Source of the DNA: Octopus vulgaris
Taxonomy: Eukaryota
DNA length: 64,000 nt
Direction of reading: 5' to 3'
NCBI GenBank assembly: GCA_951406725.2
Contig: OX597824.1
Coordinates: forward strand, 67,332,001 to 67,396,000
Of this stretch, positions 1 to 49,290 are shown piece after piece. The first letter of the stretch is position 1. Each line of letters begins with the position of its first letter. Both the position numbers and the translations under genes were made by a program. The notes beneath the pieces are model-generated. The model had not been told where the DNA came from, made no database searches, and saw nothing but the letters and a program-made list of their open reading frames with translations.

Positions 1-726
1 ATATTTGCTCCACGTCCTTGCGTTGTTGTGTTTTCATGTTTGGATTAACTATATATATATATGTGTGTATATATATATTGCATATTTTTCACTTTCTGTA
101 TTGCATATTTGTTTATTTCTTGTTTGTTTGTTCACTTTCTGTCATGTTTGGTTCCTTGTTCATTGGCTTGCCATTTCTTAGTGGCCTCTTGCTGCTGGCA
201 CCACCAGAAGGGAATAATATCATTGTTGAAGGTGCAGAATTGTGTTTGACCCTCTGGACAGTAACTGATGAAGATTTGGTGACCATCTGTGTCTGTTTTC
301 TGTTTGTTTGTGCATTTACTATGTTTTCTAAAGATGCTAAACTTGTGCATTTTGTTGGCGAAAGAAGTTCCTGGATTTTCCTGAAGAGAAAGCTGCATAA
401 TGGACTCCTTATTCATTCGAAATTAGGAATTTTGCAGACTTCGAAACATATGTCGAAAATAAAATAAAGGAATTTTGTTAAATCTTCGCTCAGCTCCATT
501 CTTTCCTATACTTATTATATATATATATATATATATGTATGTATATCCCTTATTTGCAAAGAGAACGAGGTGTGACAACTGCCTCAAGTTTTTGTTCAGT
601 CCATGTCAACATGAAAAAGTGGATGCAGAAAAATGGTGAGAACTGTGGGTATAGCTTGGAGAATATGACCTGGTAAGCTGCCATCTTCACTAGTTTCATT
701 TTGTTTTTTTTACTTAAATTTTTCAG

Positions 727-37178
<36,452 letters not shown>

Positions 37179-37248
37179 CTTCTCAGTGAGCTCTAGGCAT
37201 TTATACAGTTATCTAAATACTCATCTGATTTATATGTTTTGCCTTTCA

Positions 37249-37294
<46 letters not shown>

Positions 37295-37356
37295 CAAGGT
37301 GTAAATAATGGTCATTACATATTTTTCCAAGAAACGAAAATATGTAAATTTGGCTT

Positions 37357-37640
37357 ACAGCTGTTTCCAGTAGTCATCACAGGTTCATTACTGCTTGTTT
37401 CTCAATTGGTCTGTTGATTAGTTGAAAAAGTTGAAAAAAGTTGGACAACTTAAAAAATGAATGCTATTTTTGTCAGAGCAATTAGTTTTTATAGGTTGTT
37501 CAAATTTAGAGCTTTCATTTAAGAAAGCATCAACTTCAGAGTATTAGTATTTTGGGTTGTTCAGTTTTTCTCAACTGATCGACAGACCAATTGAGAAACC
37601 TATCAACAAAGAACCTGTGATGGCTGCTGGGAACAGCTGT
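37357..37640 (+). other. Long imperfect inverted repeat (RNA hairpin) in the POLD1 3' UTR
   Basis: 37357-~37465 pairs with ~37540-37640 (e.g. catcacaggttc/gaacctgtgatg, gtttctcaattggtctgt/acagaccaattgagaaac). Confidence 0.85.
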
Positions 37641-38070
37641 GCATGTCAAAATGTATCTCTAATATATTTTGATGTCATGTGTTGGATCTCAGAGCTCCAT
37701 AGCCAAGCCTTGTCTAGTCAAATGTATTAACAAATGCCTTGAAATGTGTTGACATGCCTTGAAATGTGTTGACAAATGCCTTAAAATCAGACAAAGTTGA
37801 CTGTAAGAAACCTTTAGCTATGGCTTTGCAATCATAGTTACCACACTCACACAGTGAAAAACAAAACATGGAAACTAACAGGGTCAAAGATCATATCATC
37901 ACTTGCTTTATTTTGTTAAAACATTTCTAGGTTACTGTTACTCATCGGTATTTGCATTTCATTACTTCTCTCTTGCATAATATATGTCTGTGTGTGTGTT
38001 CACAATCAGCCATCATCACCATTTGGTATTTGTAAAATAATTTAAAATATGAAAATATATTGTTTTTGTA

Positions 38071-38156
38071 AATAAACTTAACTTTTTAGAGTTGTAATTT
38101 TTATAAAAAGAAAAAACCAAATTTTATTTTTAATTCTTAAAAATATGTGAAATAAA
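38071..38156 (+). terminator. Candidate POLD1 polyadenylation signals (AATAAA at 38071 and 38151)
   Basis: Two AATAAA hexamers ~0.9-1.0 kb after the stop, followed by T-rich sequence. Confidence 0.5.
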
Positions 38157-38982
38157 AATTGAGTTTTTAAAAATTATTTTCTATTTCCTTATTTATTTTG
38201 TTTCTCCATTTGCAGTATTGTTGCTTAATCCCAGGTCAGATCAGTTCCTATAGTATTGTAAACAGAAGCATTACCTTATATTTATTTTCGGTCTTAGTAT
38301 ATCTAGGACTAAATTATCTGATGTGTCCTTCCTTTATTTAACCTTTGCACTGTTTAATTAAATTTGTTGGTCATTCCTATAATGGAGCTAATTCATCATT
38401 ATCACTTAACATCAGTTGTCCATGCTGGCATGAGTTGGATGGTTTGACTGGGCTAGCATGCTAGAAGGCTGCAACAGACTCCAGTCTGATTTGGCTGGCT
38501 GGATGCCTTTCCTAACACCAACCACTGAGAGTGTAATTAATGTGTGCTTTTACAAAATTGATATTTTTTGCTTCTGAAACCATTTGATTCTTGTTCTGCA
38601 AAGAGATTCTCTTTTACTTGTTTCAGCCATTTGACTGTGGCCATGCTGGAACACCTAAGAAAATCTGAAATATTGACTTTTGTAATAAGTGTCACTAGTG
38701 AAGGGGTGGGAGTCTCTGCTTCTCACTTCATAAGAGGTTTTTTTTTAAAGCCATGAGGTAAAACTGCTTTCTGCAGTTAATAGTAATAAAATTTTGAGTT
38801 GATATATTTACTATTTTCATGTTCAGAGGATTAAAAACAGTAGGGTTAATCCAATTTGAGGGAGGTTTGGCTGCTATTTTTAACTACAGGAAGGTTTACC
38901 TTCATTGCCTAGGGCAAATGATGATCTTTCAACTGGAGTTATCAACTTAGCTAGCAGTTCTCAAACTGACATATATTGCATA

Positions 38983-39491
38983 CTAGCAGAAATACCCGTC
39001 GTTGACTGGCTTCAGAAATTATACTCTGATTTATGAAAGATACTGCTTTAATTGAATGTTTTGTAGCGGATTATCCGCTAGCACTTATTGCCAGGTTTCG
39101 GCCCCAAAAGTTATATTTTACTAACGGGATTTCTAATAGTCAGTATCTTCAGCTCTTTCTCTTTTCCTACGCAGAGATTGCTTAGGTAGTCCAAATGTAA
39201 TTTTTTTCGGAGACATTGTAGTAGGGTGAATTAATCTATTAGACAGGGGACTTAACTCATGTTAGCAAACTTACTGATTTCACTGACGTGAAAATTGGTA
39301 AAAGTTATGGTTGGAAAGCTATTTTTACCACTATCAGAAAAAATAAGTTGACAAAAGCACAGCCATGGTCGTGACCAATGTTCTCCTAAAATTGAGCGAC
39401 ATGCGTGCTAATTTGTGGATGTGCATTAAAGTACATTCACGTACACACACACACACACACACACACACATCTTGCTTTTTATAAATATAGA
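38983..39491 (-). mobile_element. Non-autonomous Helitron
   Basis: Minus strand A|TCTATATTTATAAAAAG ... CCAGTCAACGACGGG...CTAG|T. Confidence 0.75.
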
Positions 39492-39599
39492 TATTGTCTA
39501 CCAAATCTGCTCACAAGGTTATAGAAGAAGACATTTGTCCAAGGTGCCATGCAGTGGAACTGAACACAAGCTTTTTCTTTATTTTTAATTTAATGATCA

Positions 39600-40575
39600 C
39601 AGATGGCATTAATAAAGACCTCCGTCTTCATTAATTAGAAAGCAAAATAATTTACATCCATGTAATTTATTCACTGACAAGTTTAAAAAGATTGCTGAAC
39701 ATAGAGGACGTTATATTAAAGGTGGAAGCGGAAAGCAGGGTCCCACGTTGCTACAAATGTGGCCAAAAGGGCTACATTAGGGGAAACTGCCCCCCCCCCC
39801 CCACCTGCAGATAATCGCAAAAGCTCGGACGTTACACCTCCGCTGCCAGCAGAAGTCAACAAGAAGGTTGAAGGTGAAGAATGGAAAACGGTAGGGAAAA
39901 GGAAAAAAGCGTAGAAGAAACCAAAAAGTAAACGATGAAACTGGCCCCACCAAACTCCCACCCAAACCTTCTTTGCCTCACCCTTTCCCTGCACTCACCG
40001 ATCCTCTGCTTTCCCCAGTTGACAATAAAGAAATGCACACACACACCCTAGAACCCCAAACTGCCTCGACCCTGGAAACAAATAATACCTGTTTTATTTT
40101 GTTCAATACGGAAAACAAGAAACGATGTGGATAAGTGGAGTAATGTGAAGTGGGTCAACACTTTTTACTGTGACCTACTTCCAAGGTCTTGGGCATGTAT
40201 CATGACAAACCCCAGGCATGTGGAGCAGCTACAAGATTACAAGGATGATATAAGATGTGCCATGGTGAAACTGGATATAACTGAATTTCCGTCATACGTA
40301 AGTCATGTCAAATTGTATCACTACGGAATAGACGTTGGAAATATGTTTTGGAAAAGAAAAATTGTAAAATCGAAAAGTTAAATGAAGCCAATCGGACGGG
40401 GGGTCGATTGGCGAAATTCCACCTTTCATTATTATGACATTTATTCATATTATAGTATTTTATTATTTATTGATTATATTATTATTATTTATTACTCATC
40501 CCCATCCGATTATTTCCCCACATTCATTGTGTTGCCCCATCTATGTTGGTCCCTTGTGGACAATAGAAAATCAAT
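39600..40575 (+). mobile_element. L1/Tx1-type ORF1 (zinc knuckle) remnant with an apparent 3' tail
   Basis: VPRCYKCGQKGYIRGNC...EWKTVGKRKK; ends ttggtcccttgtggacaatagaaaa. Confidence 0.6.
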
Positions 40576-40579
40576 TAGC

Positions 40580-43230
40580 TCACTCTCGCTAGAGTCTTGT
40601 TGAGGATTATTTACTTGTGGGTTGTTTGTTTCTTGTTTGATATTGTGGTGAGTGCTTTTGGAACGTCTGTAAATGTTTATTGCTTTTTAAAAGCGACTTG
40701 TTTTGAATTCCCACGCGAGGGGAAATTATTATTCTTGAACTGTTTAAAGGCAATTTTTGTGGGGTGTGAGCCCCAAATGTTTTTTGTTCGGTGTTGGCTG
40801 TTTTTTTTTTCTTGAAGACTCAATGGAGTTGCCAAATAACATTATTTTGGATATGCCAAGTAGTTCGATGTTCGAGTCAAGAATGACTCCAGTCAAAAAA
40901 AATTCGCCGGCAGCTGCAGGCGAAAAGAAAAAAAGAATATAGATAAATGTGACTTGACAAGTTTAAATCTATGATGAAAAAGGAGGGGTGAGAAGTTCAG
41001 GTGGCCTCTCCAACAGATTTAACGGAGACTACGAACTGGAAAATAATCTTTATATATAAAAGTCAAGTTGTATGTCTGTCTCCTACGATTTAGATTCCTA
41101 ACTACTCCCACATTTTGCGGTGCAGTTTAACCAAAACCGGGTATCTTATAGTCGTGATTCATATCGAGCCCTTCTGGGTATTTGCGCGCGTCTACGATGA
41201 GTCTACGATTTAAAAAAAAAATTACCGTAATTTTTTTCCATTTTAATGCATTTTTTCGCTATTATATAAGGGAAGTAACTCTCTAAAAATGTCTACGATG
41301 AGTCAACGATTTAAAAAAAAATTTACCATCATTCTTTTCCATTTTTAATGCATTTTTTTGCTATTTTTTGGCTATAACTCTCTAAAATTGCTTATATAGT
41401 TATTTCCCTTACAAATCTGAGCAACGCCGGGCGATACTGCTAGTTATTTATAAAACGTTCCATGTAAAAAACAAATGGACAAAGTAACGGAAAAGGAAGT
41501 AGAGAAGTGTTTGAGACCTGTCTGGCCAGACATAACATACATTACAAGAGCTAAACGATTCGCTACAATTGAACTCGGAAGAAAAAGCCAGGCAGCATTC
41601 CACCGACACATTAAAAAATGAGGACGTGGTTCTGTTTCCCACGCACATGGGAAGAAGAACATAAAAAATTAGAATTCAAAATATCCCAACAGAAGTGGAC
41701 GCTGCCTGGCTGGTGGCAGCCACAACCGTAAACTTAGAGGAGAAAATTACAATCCTCCACGTGACAGTCACAGAGAAAATTAATTGGCAGGGGCAAAGCT
41801 TAAATATGTTGATACAAACTGAGCTCCTTGTCTTGGAAGAAATTCCAGAAGTTGTGCTTATCGGAGAGACAAGGCTTGTTGTTTTCGAAGAAGGTAGGAA
41901 GCCTAGGTGCTTCAAATGCGGCAAAAAGGGCCATAGAAGGGCCATGTGCGACCATCCACGAGAGTCATCAGACGAGGAAGAGGAGGAGGAAGCAGCAGCA
42001 TCAACACCAGCAACAGCTCACGAAGGCAGTAGCAGCAACAATGAAGAGAAAGAGGAGGGGTGGTCTTCCATAAAAAGGAAAAATACACAGACTACCTCTA
42101 CAAAACCTTCCACCAAGAAAATGAAGGCTAATAAGCCAAAAACAATAAACTTGGACGATAACCAAATGGCCGTTAAGGCCGCAAATAACAAACTTTTGAA
42201 CCAGTTAGCAGTCATTTCGACTGCCTAACGCATTGATAAAATTTCAACCAAAGACATTCATATATATAAAATTGACCGGAAGAATTAAATCCGAATTCTT
42301 CCATGACGTAGGCTCTCTGCGGAAGGATTACTCCCCGCAAGTTTATGAGGACCTATCTCGACGAACCCCACGAGCCTGTGAGAAAGAAAAAGAGGTGGGT
42401 GAAGAACCCACTGATCAAAAGTAAGTCCTGATGAGTATTCATGTTGGCTGTTTATATGTACGTAGCGTGACATCGAGCTGGAAGCAAGGGCGCTTCCTAA
42501 ATTACATTAGGTCACGGGATTTAGATGTTATTGTTGCTACTGAAACCTGGATAAAGGGCCCAAGAAACCTGCTCCCGCTCTTGGGCGGTTATGAGAAGTT
42601 CTTTTTTCCAGGCCGTCCTTCGGGCGGAAGTGGGGTGTTGGTCCTAATAAAAAGAAACCGGGTTTCAGAGAAAAAGTTTTTTTTTTCTGATCCTGAAGGT
42701 AGGCTGGTCGTCATGGACTTGACGTTCAGTTGTGGTATGTGTTGGCTCTTGAGCCATTACTGCGAAAGTTGAGTGGAATCTCGAGGGAGCCAGGTTGTGG
42801 AAAATCGATTTCAGCATCATCGTGACCGAAATGGAACACCTACAGAGGGTAGGCGAAGCTATTAAGGATTACGAGACGGTGGCAGGAGCAAGGATTAATC
42901 GTGAAAAGTCAGTGGGCTTGCAGCTCGGCACCTGGAAAAGCAAGTCGATGCCTCCTGATTAAGCTGTTAGGGGGCTGGTTTGGTCCGGACCTCCAAATAG
43001 AGAAGAACTGGGCTGAGGTATCGAGCAGGACTGCCGAAGAAACTTTCACGGTTCAACGGAGGAGAGGGCGGCTCAAGCAAAAATTGTGGAATGCAAAGAG
43101 CAAGATGAGACGAGACATCATGATCATTCACTACGTTCGTCTCCATCCTCGGTTGTTTTGAGCTGGATTGGAGATGGTTAAGGACGAGAGAGTGAAGTTG
43201 ACGATGCACAACTCTTCTTCATTTAAAACA
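40580..43230 (+). mobile_element. Degenerate, internally deleted L1/Tx1-clade LINE
   Basis: ORF1 CFKCGKKGHRRAMC knuckle; ORF2 AP endonuclease N-terminus (LDVIVATETW, EGRLVVMDL); RT C-terminal remnants (GARINREKS, IKLLGGWF). Confidence 0.85.
41047..41443 (+). mobile_element. Non-autonomous Helitron inserted in LINE ORF1
   Basis: A|TCTTTATATATAAAAG...GAGCAACGCCGGGCGATACTGCTAG|T; first ~200 bp match 22756-22960. Confidence 0.88.
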
Positions 43231-43239
43231 ATCACTGCG

Positions 43240-44030
43240 CAGGTCATCAGTAATCCTTAAAGCTAACTAAAGATGCCTCAACGGTCTAACATAAGTACAG
43301 TCTGATTGGTAACAGTATCTGAACGAAATGTGTATCATACGCAAGCATCTTTGCAGGAAGATGTTCAGTTTCCTCTCTAGTGCTTTTGTGAATGGTCATG
43401 ATTCACAGCAGTAGAGAAGGCTAAAGAAGACAATGCTTGACAATAGCTGAATTTTGATCTTATACTGATGTTGTGGGCTTTCCTGATATTTTGATTTAAG
43501 ATAGGTACTGTTATTTTACCTGTCATGATATTCACTCTCTCCACATCTCCATTGCAACTGATGTTACTGTCAAGGTACGTGAAGTTTTGCATTTTACCAA
43601 GCGTTCATTCACATGGATTGTGTTCATTACTCCACTTTCATTAATTTAGGCTTTTTCGGTTTTTTGTTTTCTCTTTCGACACTAATGATCAGCCCCATTT
43701 TTTACTGATACTGAGCAAGCTCCTGATCATTTCTTGCATCTCTGCTTCGCTTTCAGCAATCGATGCCAAGACAGGTCTGCGGTCTTGTAGCCATCTGCAC
43801 ATGCATAATATAATCAATCAAGTAGGAACAAGAAAGGTGAACGTATACAACCGCGTCTCGCACCTGATTGGATTGCAGTCAGTATCACCTGTCACTGTTT
43901 GTATACAATATTTTGAATATAAGTAGATTTTTCATGATGCTGACATACTTCTCAGGAATGTTATAGTATAGTAGGATATTCCATAAGGTCTCTCTATCGA
44001 TGTTGTCAAACGATTCTGTCTTCGTTACTA
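43240..44030 (-). mobile_element. Old RTE-like LINE RT remnant
   Basis: Minus-strand FDNIDRETLWNIL and NFTYLDSNIS fragments. Confidence 0.6.
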
Positions 44031-45514
44031 TTGAGGTTTTTACTGTCTAAAAGTCTTAAAACAACAAAAGACATTAAACCAGAGTTTCCCAAACTGGGTT
44101 TCACGAATGCTGGGTTTCACGAGTTCCGTGAAAAACGGAAATGTCAAGGCCAGGAAGGTTTTTTTTTAAACTTAGAAATTAGGTTATCTGGAGATTGAGT
44201 TCCGCAATTTTTAAAAAATTTAATCAATTAGACAATTCGATTCTTCCAAGATATACAAAAGGTCGCTGCTAGAACGCTTTTTTTTGGGAAATCAAAGACC
44301 TGTTTGTCAGGGCTGACCTGGAGTTAACATTAAAATAACTATAGGCAAAACCCGCATCATGCCTTTCAACGCTGTATATACATTTTATACATTCTGAGTT
44401 CACATTACGCCGAGGTCGACTTTGCCTTTCATCCTTTCGGGGTCGATAAATTAAGTACCAGTTACGCACTGGGGTCGATGTAATCGACTTAATCCGTTTG
44501 TCTGTCCTCTCTTTGTTTAGCCCCTTGTGGGTAAAAAGAAAGCTGTATATACATTTTAGTATGTTACACAGATGGCGATATTAATTTAATACTGTTTTAA
44601 TTGCGTTCACCAAAGTTTCAAATTATGTTACTTCGATTTTTATCACTGCTCTAATTGAATAATTAATAGATTCGATTCTAATCTTACTTTCCCACCTAAA
44701 AAAAAAAAAAAGGAAAATTTTTTTAAAAAATCACTTTGTATCTCTTCAAATGAAATGTCCTAGCTTATCGTCTATTAAATGATACATTTAGCTTTGTTCA
44801 GCACCGGTAATAGATGTAAACCCTTTCAAACAAATGCCAATATTTACAACGATAGCACTCAGAAAACATTTGACACATCAACCTAGACGTATTATGTCGA
44901 GGCTGTCAATTTCAATTTCATCAAAAAGAAGAAAACAAAATTGAAGTGATGAAAGAAATTAAGCTGTTCATTATGCCAAAACTTAACTGTTTTAGTTTTG
45001 ATATCATAAATAAATACTGCACTGTAAGAAAAATGCTTTATTTTTTCTTGATCATTTATTTTTCTTTGCTGCTGTCTAGTGAAAGGTACATGGCCTAGTC
45101 GTTAGAATGTTGCACTTGCGATCGTAAGGTCGAGGTTTCGATTCTCGAACCTGGCGGTGCATTATAATCTTATGAAACTGCTTCAAGGTGTCTGCTGATA
45201 TATATATATATATTTATAAACATATATATATATATAAGTTTATCAAAAGGAAGTTCATCAAGTTATGAACTTTTCCAGATCCTTCCCCCAACCGCTTGAA
45301 TACAGAGTGGTGCTGGTGGAGGGGACGAGAAGATAACTCATGTCAGCACCTGAGCTCACTATACAATAATATGTTGCAAAGAATGAAAGCATGGAAATTC
45401 GTCCTAGCAATGCTTTATTCTGTAGCGATCAGTTTTTATGATGACAGGTTGACTGATTTACTTTCAGTTGGTTTTTTAATCCTTGTTTTGGATTATATAT
45501 CGTGTATAAAAGTA

Positions 45515-47873
45515 CGGGGGTGGCGGGTTCTCTATATTTCTACTTTTTTTTTTTTTTTTTCAAGTATTGTAATTACATTTAATATCTATTAGTAAAACCA
45601 CAAATATAAGATTGGAAGCGAAATATGATGTTCCAGATCAGAACACAGTTTTAGGATTTCTACAGATTTTACTTTTCCATTTATAAGTTGGCCACCCTGC
45701 ATCAGTATTCATCTCAAGAATTTGTAAGCAACAAACAAGAATTGTTAATGGCGAATGAAAGAATTGTTTGAGGCAAACTGATAAGTTGTGTTTTCAATTT
45801 TATATTTTTATTAATCATTCAATTTATTTTTTTGCTTCCCACTATATTATAATGAGCAAAGAAAAACAAAGTCGTACCAGCAAAACTTCCGAAAGGGATA
45901 GCTTAAGATGCCAGAATTTACTAAGTGGTTGTGTGAAGTACCTAGTGACCGATCTAAAGCACATTGCAGATGTAATATGTTGGCAAAATATTCTCTTGTA
46001 GTAAGCCACTGTGAAGCAAAGAAATACAAGGCATGAACTCCACAGTAAATGATTCCTCTTACCAATTTTATTAAAACCAAAAATAAGACATCTATGCTTG
46101 AAGCAAATTTAGCAATGTTAATTTGTTGCCACTCATCATTTGATAGCAGTGATCACTTAAAGTTATGTAAAAATTATATGATAGTGATATGTCCAACGTG
46201 AAGTTGTATTGTACAAAATGTGCAAATATTGTGAAAAATGTTCTTGCTCCAGATTTTGATGGAGATTTGATTTCTGATATAGGAGATAGAAAAAAATTAG
46301 CCTGTTATTTGATGAATCCAATGATATATCGATAAACAAGTTGTTAGGAATTGTTATATATTACAGTGACCCTCACAAAAAAGTGGTACATACATATCTC
46401 AGTATGGCATCTTTAGAAACTTGATGCAGATGGCATTGTAGATGCCTTAAAAATTGAATTAGCGAAAAAGAAATTAGATATAAAAAAATTACTGGCTATA
46501 GAAACCGACAATGCTAGAGTAATGATAAGAGTTAAGAATGGTGTTTTCCAGAAATTAAAAGAAGTTCCATCATATTACTTCTATTTAGATGTGTATGTCA
46601 TTTTCTACAGTTGGCAGTATCCCACACTTTTTAGTATACGAAACTTATAAATGGTTCTCTCATTCTTCAACATGATAAAGTGCCTACAAACAACTTTTCC
46701 TTGCTATCAATGATAAAGAGCATTTGAAGATCGTGAATTCTTGAACAACTAGGTGGCTGTCAATAGAACCGGCGGTAAATAGAATTTTAAGTCAATGGTT
46801 TGAATTACAAACTCACTTCCAAATAACTACAAAAAGAAAAACAAAAAAAACAACTTTACAGCACAAACGTTACATGAAATGTTTTGCGATTCTAGGAATG
46901 AACTTTACCATTTATTTTTGCATCCAATTTTTAAATATGTTCAGGAAGTGAATAAACTGTTTGAATCAAACACTGTCGACAAAACAAAATTACTTGATCT
47001 TTCAAATTTGATCGAATCTGTTGCTAATATGATAGTGTTGCCAACATGTAGAATTGAGCTTCTTGATCGTGATGCTTCTATTGAACAATTTTGGATCCTA
47101 AACCAGATTTAGGCTACAGGTTCGAGAGAAAGAAATGATTATCAAGAAGACTGTAACAGCCACCAAAGAAAATATTCGCAAAAGAGCACAACAATTTTTA
47201 CTCTGCCTTTATAAAGAGCTCAAGCACTGTTTGCCAGGAAATATTAATATACTGAGGAATATCAAATGTTTTTCAGTAGAGAATATTTTGCAGCATTTCA
47301 AAGAGCCAATTCTACCTGTCTTAGAAGCAATGCGTTTAAATGAAGAAAGAATTGCTTCAAATGAAATTCACTTTAATAGCATTCATTTAGTTAAAAGGAC
47401 AAATACATCTAATACTGAAGCATTCTGGCTGGAAGTCTTGGAATATAAAGATGCTATTGCAAATTTTGCCAGCGATCTATTGACAGTGCCAAACTCAAAT
47501 GCAGAAGTTCAACGGTTGTTCAGTAGTATGAGTGTAATCAAAAAATTAAAAAAACAAAATGCATCTTCCCATGCTTAGATCAATACTGCCTATAAAATAT
47601 GGCAAATGTTGCAAAAACTTCGATATTCCCAAACACATAATTAACAAGATTAGGACCTTAAATGTATACAGAAGTCAAAACTTAGGCATTGCAGCTGAAT
47701 GTGATCAAAATCAGTGAAATTCAAAAAATTATTTCTCAATACTGAAAAGGATTAAAGAAAGTAAATAAAAATGCAAATAAAAATTAAGCTTTTTGATATA
47801 ATTAGACTTTAGCATTTTTTAGTATTTTTTTTATTGAAATTAATCAAATTTCTGATTTAAGTTGGCAACACTG
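45515..47873 (+). mobile_element. Degenerate hAT transposon (transposase pseudogene ~45852-47715)
   Basis: Remnants LFDESNDIS, TDNARVM, RCVCHFLQL, TRWLS, LLTVPNSNAEVQRLFS; right end ttggcaacactg; left end uncertain. Confidence 0.8.
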
Positions 47874-48689
47874 GACTGGGTAAAGTGCTCATCGAGTTCT
47901 TCAAATAAGGAGGAAACTCAGAGGGAGGGTAAACCCTAAGGAAAAAAAAAAAATGCGAGTCGGAGCATCTGAGTCAGTTCGACGTTGTTTACAAATTTGT
48001 TCCGGCAACTTCTGCGACGATGTTGGTGTCAAAATCCAACGGCTGTGGTTCCATCAATAATGTGGAGAGGGAAGACACACTGTAGGAGCAACAATCTATC
48101 CACCATACAAGAATGCTTGGATCTTATCAAACACACTTTACTGGAGAGATAGAACCGAGTATCACACCGAAGAGGACACTGTCACCGACACAACACGGCA
48201 AGCAACAGTTACCGGTTATGTTACCATTACAACTCGAAAAACATCAGGACAGCTCAAAAGTGCGGCTTGTGTGGCTGAGCCGGTCATTCACATCGGACGT
48301 TTCAACCACAACCAACGCTTGGACCTTCATTCATGGTCTCAGAAATTTCAAGCTCACTGATCAGGTAATAAATCAAACAGATTACGAAAACCCTGAACAA
48401 AAAATACAATTAGGATGAGCATCCTTCGGTAAATTATCGTATCATGAGCATTCGTATACAGTTTACGTGCATCGCGCAACTTTAATATACTTTTACTTGA
48501 GAAATGAGGATTTCATTTACTTGCCACCAGAGCAGATGAGGGGTACAATACAAAGATATGATAGAGATGTAGCTCTCCTGATACAAGATGACATCTAAGG
48601 ATAATCCCCGATTACCAAGAGTAAGTGCCCCTTCCAATTCCGTTTCTCAGGCTCACAGATATACACAGAGGTACCATTCAAATAATAAT

Positions 48690-49290
48690 CCTGTCTACTA
48701 TAGGCACAAGGCTTGGAATTCGTGGGAAGAGGGATAGTCGAGCACATCAACCCCATTACACAACTAGTACTTAATTTAGCGACCCCGAAAGGATGAAAAG
48801 CGAAGTAGACTTCGAATTTGAACTCAGAACGTAGCATTTCGTCCAGCGTGCTAACAATTCTGTCAGCGAGCTACTTTATAACAATGGTTTCAAATTTTGC
48901 CACAGGGACAGCAATTTTGGGGGAGGGGATAAGTCGATTCATCGATCCCTGTACTTGACTGGTACTTAATTTATCGAGCCCGAAAGGATGAAAAGCAAAG
49001 TCGACCTCGGTGGAATTTGAACTCAAAACGTAGCGACAGACGAAATACCCGTTTCTTTATTACGCACGAGGGGCTAAACACAGAGGGAACAAACAAGGAC
49101 AGACAAACCAAACGGATCAAGTCGATTATATCGACCCCAGTGCGTAACTGGTACTTAATTTATCGACCCTGAAAGGATGAAAGGCAAAGTCGACCTCGGC
49201 GGAATTTGAACTCAGAACGTAACGGCAGACGAAATACCGCTAAGCATTTCGTCCAGTGTACTAACGATTCTGCCAACTCACCGTCTTAAT
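48690..49290 (-). mobile_element. Tandem cluster of tRNA-derived SINE family B (Meta-domain-like core). Other copies ~5484, 9000-9570(-), 14418, 18010, 34780, 44392, 49667.
   Basis: Shared core gactttgcctttcatcctttcggggtcgataaattaagtaccag with a gagttcaaattcc B-box. Confidence 0.8.

Noticed and set aside
18-467. 149-aa hydrophobic ORF as the POLD1 first exon or a membrane protein
   Set aside because: Non-ATG start, T-rich low complexity, no POLD1 N-terminal features and no supporting splice sites.
47880-48420. 101-aa ORF at 48113 as a gene
   Set aside because: No recognisable domain or splice structure. It follows sequence resembling a LINE 5' region and is probably a retroelement remnant.
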